Shown piece after piece: positions 56,603-64,000 of a DNA stretch of 64,000 bases. Under the pieces are notes generated by a model that worked only from the letters and a program-made list of their open reading frames with translations, did no database searches and had not been told where the DNA came from. Where the stretch lies: NCBI RefSeq assembly GCF_000009045.1, contig NC_000964.3, forward strand, positions 3,534,001 to 3,598,000, in the 5' to 3' direction. The translations under genes were made by a program, and so were the position numbers. Each line of letters begins with the position of its first letter. The stretch's first letter is position 1. This DNA comes from Bacillus subtilis subsp. subtilis str. 168. Lineage in GTDB: Bacteria > Bacillota > Bacilli > Bacillales > Bacillaceae.

Positions 56603-57268
56603 TTGAAAAAAATCGTGTCTATCCTATTTATGTTCGGTTTGGTTATGGGTTTCAGCCAGTTTCAGCCATCAACCGTTTTTGCAGCTGACAAAGTGGTGCA
56701 CGAAACAATTATCGTACCAAAAAATACAACATATGACGGGAAAGGACAGCGGTTTGTGGCAGGGAAAGAATTAGGTGACGGAAGCCAGTCAGAAAACCAA
56801 GACCCTGTTTTTCGTGTGGAGGATGGAGCAACCCTGAAAAATGTGGTGCTTGGTGCACCTGCAGCTGATGGCGTGCACACTTATGGAAACGTTAACATTC
56901 AGAATGTGAAATGGGAAGATGTTGGTGAGGATGCGTTAACGGTGAAGAAGGAAGGAAAAGTGACGATCGACGGCGGTTCTGCTCAAAAAGCGTCAGATAA
57001 GATATTCCAAATCAATAAAGCCAGTACCTTCACAGTGAAAAATTTCACGGCGGATAATGGCGGGAAGTTCATTAGACAGCTTGGTGGTTCAACCTTCCAC
57101 GTTGATGTGATCATCGACAAGTGCACCATCACAAACATGAAGGAAGCGATATTCCGGACGGACAGCAAAACAAGCACGGTCAGAATGACAAATACACGCT
57201 ACTCTAATGTCGGTCAAAAATGGATTGGTGTTCAGCATATTTACGAAAACAACAACACTCAATTTTAA
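56603..57268 (+). CDS. pelC: Pectate lyase (PL3)
   Basis: Signal peptide; GATLKNV, DGVH, WEDVGEDA and DKIFQ (yvpA). Confidence 0.93.
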   Translation: MKKIVSILFMFGLVMGFSQFQPSTVFAADKVVHETIIVPKNTTYDGKGQRFVAGKELGDGSQSENQDPVFRVEDGATLKNVVLGAPAADGVHTYGNVNIQNVKWEDVGEDALTVKKEGKVTIDGGSAQKASDKIFQINKASTFTVKNFTADNGGKFIRQLGGSTFHVDVIIDKCTITNMKEAIFRTDSKTSTVRMTNTRYSNVGQKWIGVQHIYENNNTQF

Positions 57269-57271
57269 CAA

Positions 57272-57305
57272 AAAAAGTCCGCTGATGTTATTCAGCGGAC
57301 TTTTT
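57272..57305. terminator. Bidirectional terminator pelC/yvoF
   Basis: AAAAAGTCCGCTGA-TGTTAT-TCAGCGGACTTTTT. Confidence 0.9.
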
Positions 57306-57806
57306 CAATCTTTCTTGCATTTCTTCCTTCGTATAGATGATCCTCATCGGATTTCCGCCGACAAATGCCCCGTCAGGCACATCCTTATGGACAAGCGTTC
57401 CGGCGGACACAACTGCGCCATCTCCTATTTTCACCCCGGGCAGAATGGTCGTGTTGGCACCAATCATCACTTCGTCCCCGATCAGAACTTTGCCGATCCG
57501 GTATTCGTGAATCAAATACTCATGGGCCAGAATGGTCGTATTGTACCCGATGATTGTATTTGTTCCGACTGAGATCTTTTCCGGAAACATGATATCTGGC
57601 ATCACCATGAGGGCAAAGGATGTCTGTTTTCCAACCTTCATCCGCAGAAATGTGCGGTACAGCCAGTTTTTCATCCCTATAAACGGCGTATATCTCGCAA
57701 TTTGAATGACAATGAAATTTTTGACGACCTTTAAAAAAGGTACCGTTTGATAGACATGCCACAGTGAGTTGGCCCCCGAGACCGGATGACGATCTGTTTT
57801 TCTCAC
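57288..57806 (-). CDS. yvoF: Hexapeptide-repeat O-acetyltransferase (heptaprenylglyceryl phosphate pathway)
   Basis: Left-handed beta-helix repeats IGDEVMIGANTTILPGVKIGDGAVV. Confidence 0.9.
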   Translation of the reverse strand: MRKTDRHPVSGANSLWHVYQTVPFLKVVKNFIVIQIARYTPFIGMKNWLYRTFLRMKVGKQTSFALMVMPDIMFPEKISVGTNTIIGYNTTILAHEYLIHEYRIGKVLIGDEVMIGANTTILPGVKIGDGAVVSAGTLVHKDVPDGAFVGGNPMRIIYTKEEMQERLKKSAE

Positions 57807-57809
57807 AGA

Positions 57810-58460
57810 TTACTTCACTCCAACGATTTGTAATAGATCACTCATTTTCTCAAGCATAAAATCCGGCTCATGCTTCGCCAGCATTTCCGGCCCTTTAATC
57901 GTCCATGCGACTCCTGCCGTTTTTGTACCGGCGTTTTTCCCTGCCAGCACATCATGGTAATTATCACCGACCATAATGGCTTCCGCCGGCTCGCTTCCTA
58001 GCTGTTTCAGCGCTAACAGCACAGGCTCGGGATCAGGCTTTGCATTCGTCACATCATCAAGGGTGACAACTGTTTCAAAGAATTCGCCGATTCCCGTGAG
58101 CTTGAGGCCCATATTGACAGTATCTCTTAATTTTGTTGTCACAATTCCTAATGTAAAGCCGGCTTTTTTTAATGCATCCAGGGTCTCATATACCGTTTCA
58201 TATTCAGTGACGAGTGAATCATGCATGTCATGATTGTACGCTCTGTACATAGCGATCATATCCTCGCATTTATCAGGGTCCATCGAAGAGAACGTATCAA
58301 AAAGAGACGGCCCGATAAATGCAAGGACATCTTCTCGTTTATACTTGCTCGGATAATAATGCTCCAGTGTATGCAAAAAGGACGCGATAATTAATTCATT
58401 CGTATTAATAAGCGTTCCGTCTAAATCAAACAGAATCGTCGTTACTTGTTTGTCACTCAT
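57810..58460 (-). CDS. ppaX: HAD-family pyrophosphatase
   Basis: DLDGTL, KPDPEP and VGDNYHD; 216 aa (yvoE). Confidence 0.92.
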
Positions 58461-59395
58461 ATTGCTTCCTTTCCAACCGCTGAGGGTTTCCATTTTTTCC
58501 ACGTGTGCGCAATAGCCATTGTCAGCAGAACTGCTGTGGTGACACGAATCAAAAGAAGCGGCCAGACCGGTATGCCAAGCGGAATAAAGACAAGTGTATC
58601 TTCCACGACCGCGTGGCAGGCAACGAGAAATATAAATGCCAATGTCATGTCCCGCTTGCTCACGCCGTCATCCTCGACAGCTTTGATCATGACACCCGCT
58701 CCGTAGGCCAGACCAATCGTCAGTCCCGTCACCATCGTCATAGACGTATTTTTATTCATGCCAAGCAGCTGCGTAAACGGCGACAGCCACCTGGAAAACC
58801 GATAAAGCCAGCCTAAATCTCTTAAAAACTGGATGATAATCATCAGCGGGATCACTATTGCCGCCAGCTGCAAAACACCAAGTCCGGCTTTCGTTAATGC
58901 TTCTGCCAACATTCCTAGCCAGCTGTCTGGCGCCGCGCTCTTCGCAGCGATAAAACCGTACTGCGCCGTTTCCTTTCCGCCATGCCAAATGAGGTTGATG
59001 ACGATGGCTGACACAGCGGCCAAACCGATGCGCACGGCCAATATGACGCCAATTCTGATACCAACCTTTGCGGCAACTGTCGATTCGATAATCAAGTTAT
59101 GACAGAAAGAAAGCATAACAGCTAAAATAAAGACTTCTTTCACAGATAAATCCAATGTTAAAATCCCGGCAATTCCCGCATACAGATTCAGCATATTTCC
59201 CAGTACAAGCGGAATGGCCGCTTCACCAGAAAGCCCGAAGAGACCCATTACCGGTGTGATCAGCCGTACAAGCCAATCCATGACAGGGGTATGCTGGAGC
59301 AAAGTGACCAATAGCGTTACCGGGAAAATCACTTTACCCAGCGTCCATGTTGTTTGAAAACCTGCTGCAAGACCGGCCAGAAAGATCTTCTTCAT
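58457..59395 (-). CDS. yvoD: Membrane protein with nucleoside-recognition (Gate) domains
   Basis: Polytopic protein with two internally similar halves; family assigned from memory. Confidence 0.8.
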
Positions 59396-59418
59396 CCCTC
59401 ATCCCCCTTTGTTGACGT

Positions 59419-60228
59419 CTACTCCGCGTACCGCTCCTTCGAGTATCCCTTGACGCGTCTGAAGATGATGGCTGCCACAGCCAAAACAATCAATACGATT
59501 GAAATCACCTGAGCGATGCGAAGTGAATCAGTCAGCATTAAGCTGTCAGTCCGCATTCCTTCAATAAAGTATCTTCCGATTGAATACCAAATGATATAGA
59601 TCAAGAACATCTCGCCTCTACGCAAATTCGCTCTGCGCAGCAGCAGTAAAACAATGACGCCGACAAAGCTCCATAGTGATTCATATAAAAAAGTAGGATG
59701 ATAATATTGCCCATTGATATACATTTGATTGATGATAAATTCAGGCAGGTGCAGGTTTTCTAAAAAGGCTCTGCTGACAGCCTCGCCGTGCGCTTCCTGA
59801 TTCATGAAGTTCCCCCAGCGGCCGATCGCCTGGCCGAGCAAAATGCTGGGCGCGGCAATATCCGCAAGCTTCCAGAACGAAAGGTTTTTCACTCTCGAAA
59901 ACACATAACCCGTTAAAATGGCGCCGATTAATCCGCCATGAATGGCAATGCCGCCCTTCCAAATCTTAATGATTTCTCCCGGATGTGCCGCATAATAGTC
60001 CCATTCAAAGGCAACATAATAAATTCGTGCGCAAATAATCGCAATTGGAATGGCAAACAGGACAAGATCAATAAACGTATCTTTCTGCAGCCCCCGTTTT
60101 TCACTTTCCCTCATCGCTATCCACAGCCCGAGCAAAGCGCCGAGACCGATAATGATTCCGTACCAGTGGACGGCTAACGGCCCCAGCTGAAATGCTATCG
60201 GATTGAGTGGTTCTATCGCTTCATTCAT
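59419..60228 (-). CDS. lgt: Prolipoprotein diacylglyceryl transferase
   Basis: [22 protein letters not shown] and HPTFLYES. Confidence 0.98.
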
Positions 60229-60241
60229 TTAACGCCAACTC

Positions 60242-61174
60242 CTATTCTTCTTGTTCACCGTCTTCAATGACGTCCGCCAGCTTGTTGGTAAATTGTTCAG
60301 CGGCATTCAGCCCCATCCGCTTCAATCTGAAGTTCATTGCTGCCACTTCGATGATGACTGCAAGATTTCGGCCTGGGCGGACGGGAATCGTCAGTTTTGT
60401 AATTTCTGTATCAATGATTTTCATGGTCTCTTCCTCAAGTCCGAGCCGGTCGTATTGCTTGCCCTGCTCCCAGAGTTCAAGATTCATGACAATCGTGATT
60501 CGTTTATTGCTTCTGACCGCGCCAGCGCCAAATAGCGTCATCACATTGATAATGCCAAGGCCCCTGATCTCAAGAAGGTGCTCAATTAATTCCGGAGCGT
60601 TTCCCACAAGAGTATCCTGATCCTCCTGCCGTATTTCAACGCAATCATCGGCAACAAGGCGATGCCCTCTTTTCACAAGCTCTAGCGCTGTTTCGCTTTT
60701 TCCGACGCCGCTTTTTCCTGTGATCAGCACGCCGACACCATATATATCGACAAGAACGCCATGAATTGCTGTGGTAGGCGCCAGCCTGCTCTCAAGGAAG
60801 TTGGTTAAACGGCTTGACAGTCTTGTCGTTTTCAGCGGCGATCTGAGGACAGGCACCCCATTTTTCTCGGAGGCGTCAATCAGCTCCTGCGGGATGGGCA
60901 TATCTCTAGAAAGAATAATAGCTGGTGTTACATCAGTGCACAGAGAATCCATTCGCTGCTTTTTCTCCTCTTCAGGAAGCTGTTCAAAGAAAGAAAGCTC
61001 TGTTTTTCCGAGAAGCTGCACGCGCTCCCTCGGGTAATATGTAAAATATCCGGCAATTTCAATACCTGGTCTTGATAGGTCACTCATTGTAATCGGGCGG
61101 TTAATTCCTTCTTCTCCGCTGATTAATTCCAAATTGAACTGTTCCATTACGTCTTTTGTGCGAACCTTTGCCAC
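60242..61174 (-). CDS. hprK: HPr kinase/phosphorylase
   Basis: [21 protein letters not shown] and LEIRGLGII. Confidence 0.98.
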   Translation of the reverse strand: MAKVRTKDVMEQFNLELISGEEGINRPITMSDLSRPGIEIAGYFTYYPRERVQLLGKTELSFFEQLPEEEKKQRMDSLCTDVTPAIILSRDMPIPQELIDASEKNGVPVLRSPLKTTRLSSRLTNFLESRLAPTTAIHGVLVDIYGVGVLITGKSGVGKSETALELVKRGHRLVADDCVEIRQEDQDTLVGNAPELIEHLLEIRGLGIINVMTLFGAGAVRSNKRITIVMNLELWEQGKQYDRLGLEEETMKIIDTEITKLTIPVRPGRNLAVIIEVAAMNFRLKRMGLNAAEQFTNKLADVIEDGEQEE

Positions 61175-61285
61175 GATATGTTCCTCCTGTTCCGGGCTGC
61201 CCCGAGCTTGCTCACAATACTTTCATTTTATCACTTTCGGGCTTGAACCTAAAACAGATTTTATAAAAGGGGGGAAAACACCTCA

Positions 61286-61301
61286 GCTGGTCTAGATCAC
61301 T
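61286..61301. promoter_or_regulatory. dre operator for NagR (GntR/HutC family)
   Basis: GCTGGTCTAGATCACT, near-palindromic around TCTAGA. Confidence 0.8.
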
Positions 61302-61355
61302 AGTCTGAAAAAGAGTAAAATAAAGGTATTCAAATTCCAGAAAGGCGGATCATCT

Positions 61356-62546
61356 ATGGCAGAGAGTCTTCTTATCAAAGACATTGCGATCGTGACAGAA
61401 AATGAAGTAATCAAAAACGGCTATGTCGGAATCAATGACGGAAAAATCAGCACAGTTTCAACAGAACGGCCCAAGGAGCCATATTCAAAAGAGATTCAAG
61501 CACCTGCGGATTCCGTTTTGCTTCCCGGCATGATTGACATTCATATCCACGGCGGCTATGGCGCAGATACAATGGATGCTAGCTTTTCCACGCTCGACAT
61601 CATGTCGTCAAGACTGCCCGAAGAAGGCACGACGAGCTTTTTAGCCACAACGATTACCCAAGAGCATGGGAACATTTCTCAAGCTTTGGTGAACGCAAGA
61701 GAGTGGAAAGCGGCTGAAGAGTCCTCTTTATTAGGTGCAGAACTGCTCGGCATTCATTTAGAGGGCCCCTTTGTTTCGCCTAAAAGAGCCGGAGCGCAGC
61801 CAAAGGAGTGGATTAGGCCTTCGGATGTTGAGCTTTTCAAAAAGTGGCAGCAGGAGGCGGGCGGACTGATCAAAATTGTTACACTTGCGCCGGAGGAGGA
61901 TCAGCATTTTGAACTGATCCGCCATTTGAAAGACGAATCGATTATCGCATCCATGGGGCACACGGATGCCGATTCCGCATTGCTGTCGGATGCCGCAAAA
62001 GCAGGGGCGAGCCATATGACTCATCTGTACAACGCGATGAGCCCGTTTCATCACCGAGAGCCCGGAGTGATCGGAACGGCGCTGGCCCATGATGGGTTTG
62101 TGACAGAGCTTATCGCCGATGGCATTCACTCCCATCCTTTAGCTGCAAAGCTTGCTTTTTTGGCGAAAGGCAGCAGCAAGCTCATTTTAATTACCGATTC
62201 CATGAGGGCAAAAGGACTGAAAGACGGCGTATATGAGTTCGGCGGCCAAAGTGTGACGGTAAGAGGACGAACAGCACTTCTTTCAGACGGAACCCTTGCC
62301 GGTTCGATCCTCAAAATGAACGAAGGCGCACGGCATATGCGTGAGTTTACAAATTGCTCTTGGACGGATATAGCTAATATAACTTCTGAAAACGCGGCCA
62401 AACAGCTGGGCATCTTTGACCGAAAAGGCAGTGTGACTGTGGGAAAAGATGCAGATTTGGTGATTGTCAGCAGTGATTGCGAGGTGATTCTCACCATTTG
62501 CCGCGGAAACATTGCATTTATATCCAAGGAGGCTGACCAGATATGA
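61356..62546 (+). CDS. nagA: N-acetylglucosamine-6-phosphate deacetylase
   Basis: PGMIDIHIHG, HLEGPF, THLYNAM and LAGS. Confidence 0.97.
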   Translation: MAESLLIKDIAIVTENEVIKNGYVGINDGKISTVSTERPKEPYSKEIQAPADSVLLPGMIDIHIHGGYGADTMDASFSTLDIMSSRLPEEGTTSFLATTITQEHGNISQALVNAREWKAAEESSLLGAELLGIHLEGPFVSPKRAGAQPKEWIRPSDVELFKKWQQEAGGLIKIVTLAPEEDQHFELIRHLKDESIIASMGHTDADSALLSDAAKAGASHMTHLYNAMSPFHHREPGVIGTALAHDGFVTELIADGIHSHPLAAKLAFLAKGSSKLILITDSMRAKGLKDGVYEFGGQSVTVRGRTALLSDGTLAGSILKMNEGARHMREFTNCSWTDIANITSENAAKQLGIFDRKGSVTVGKDADLVIVSSDCEVILTICRGNIAFISKEADQI

Positions 62547-63271
62547 AAGTAATGGAATGTCAAACGTATGAAGAGCTAAGCCAAATAGCAGCCAGAATAA
62601 CGGCAGATACAATCAAAGAAAAACCTGATGCTGTTCTCGGTTTAGCGACGGGCGGCACACCGGAAGGCACGTATCGCCAGCTGATCCGCCTGCACCAAAC
62701 TGAGAATCTCTCATTTCAAAACATCACTACAGTTAATTTGGATGAGTACGCCGGACTTTCAAGCGATGACCCGAACAGCTATCACTTCTATATGAACGAC
62801 CGTTTTTTTCAGCATATCGACAGCAAGCCTAGCCGGCATTTTATTCCGAATGGAAATGCAGACGATTTGGAGGCCGAATGCAGACGGTATGAACAGCTAG
62901 TCGATTCCCTCGGCGACACTGACATTCAGCTTCTCGGCATCGGCCGAAACGGACACATCGGCTTTAACGAACCGGGAACGTCTTTCAAGTCGCGAACTCA
63001 TGTTGTGACATTAAATGAGCAAACCCGCCAAGCGAATGCCAGATATTTTCCCTCCATAGACAGCGTGCCGAAAAAAGCACTGACAATGGGAATTCAAACG
63101 ATACTCTCAAGCAAGCGCATTCTGCTGCTTATTTCTGGAAAAAGCAAAGCGGAAGCTGTTCGTAAGCTGTTAGAAGGAAACATAAGCGAAGATTTTCCCG
63201 CATCTGCTTTGCACCTGCATTCCGATGTTACGGTTTTGATTGATCGTGAAGCCGCGTCATTAAGACCTTGA
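62543..63271 (+). CDS. nagB: Glucosamine-6-phosphate deaminase
   Basis: GLATGGTP, NLDEY and GIGRNGHIGFNEPG. Confidence 0.97.
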   Translation: MKVMECQTYEELSQIAARITADTIKEKPDAVLGLATGGTPEGTYRQLIRLHQTENLSFQNITTVNLDEYAGLSSDDPNSYHFYMNDRFFQHIDSKPSRHFIPNGNADDLEAECRRYEQLVDSLGDTDIQLLGIGRNGHIGFNEPGTSFKSRTHVVTLNEQTRQANARYFPSIDSVPKKALTMGIQTILSSKRILLLISGKSKAEAVRKLLEGNISEDFPASALHLHSDVTVLIDREAASLRP

Positions 63272-63288
63272 AAGGAACATGCTGACTT

Positions 63289-64000
63289 ATGAATATCAAT
63301 AAACAATCGCCTATTCCGATTTACTATCAGATTATGGAGCAATTAAAAACCCAAATTAAGAACGGAGAGCTGCAGCCGGATATGCCTCTTCCTTCTGAGC
63401 GCGAATATGCCGAACAATTCGGGATCAGCCGGATGACAGTTCGCCAGGCGCTTTCTAATTTAGTTAATGAAGGCTTGCTCTATCGCCTGAAAGGGCGGGG
63501 CACCTTTGTCAGCAAGCCAAAAATGGAACAAGCACTTCAAGGGCTGACAAGCTTTACCGAGGATATGAAAAGCCGCGGGATGACACCGGGCAGCAGGCTC
63601 ATTGATTATCAGCTTATTGATTCAACTGAGGAGCTCGCGGCTATATTAGGCTGCGGGCACCCCTCCTCTATCCATAAAATCACTCGGGTGCGGCTGGCAA
63701 ATGATATTCCGATGGCGATTGAGTCCTCACATATTCCGTTTGAGCTTGCGGGTGAATTGAACGAATCGCATTTTCAGTCGTCGATCTATGATCATATTGA
63801 AAGGTACAACAGCATACCGATTTCCCGTGCAAAACAGGAGCTTGAGCCAAGCGCTGCCACCACGGAAGAAGCGAATATTCTTGGTATTCAAAAGGGAGCG
63901 CCTGTCCTATTAATTAAACGAACAACATATCTGCAGAACGGAACTGCTTTTGAGCATGCAAAATCCGTATACAGAGGCGACCGTTATACATTTGTCCACT
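63289..64000 (+). CDS. nagR: GntR/HutC-family repressor NagR (truncated by window edge; absent from the ORF track)
   Basis: From ATG 63289: MNINKQSPIPIYYQIMEQLK...LPSEREYAEQFGISRMTVRQAL...KGRGTFV (yvoA). Confidence 0.93.
   Translation, partial: MNINKQSPIPIYYQIMEQLKTQIKNGELQPDMPLPSEREYAEQFGISRMTVRQALSNLVNEGLLYRLKGRGTFVSKPKMEQALQGLTSFTEDMKSRGMTPGSRLIDYQLIDSTEELAAILGCGHPSSIHKITRVRLANDIPMAIESSHIPFELAGELNESHFQSSIYDHIERYNSIPISRAKQELEPSAATTEEANILGIQKGAPVLLIKRTTYLQNGTAFEHAKSVYRGDRYTFVH

Overview
This is a 64-kb stretch of Bacillus subtilis chromosome (168-type). I identified it by recognising the proteins, not by database search. Gene order: racX (partial), pbpE, sacB-levB-yveA, yvdTSR, yvdQ, cotQ/cotR, tRNA-Arg(CCG), clpP, the maltodextrin operon (mdxR..pgcM), yvdDCBA, yvcT, psdRSAB, yvzJ, the yvcI-crh-yvcN operon, trxB, cwlO, yvcD, bmrA, yvcA-yvcB-yvzA, the his operon, yvpB, pelC, the hprK-lgt operon and nagABR (last gene partial). 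Most of it is core genome. Two parts look accessory. (1) yvcA-yvcB-yvzA has the architecture of a reverse-domain type VII lipase toxin locus: upstream lipoprotein, N-terminal GHSLA lipase with a helical C-terminus, and a small helical partner. An AT-rich internal cassette spans the junction between the putative immunity and toxin genes. (2) A ~2.9-kb integrase-less islet (cotQ-cotR) lies between the intact tRNA-Arg gene and a degenerate ~105-bp copy of its 3' half plus terminator. I found no CRISPR array, IS or prophage. Start codons were adjusted from the ORF track using SD positions. All GC values are hand counts on sampled 60-nt lines.
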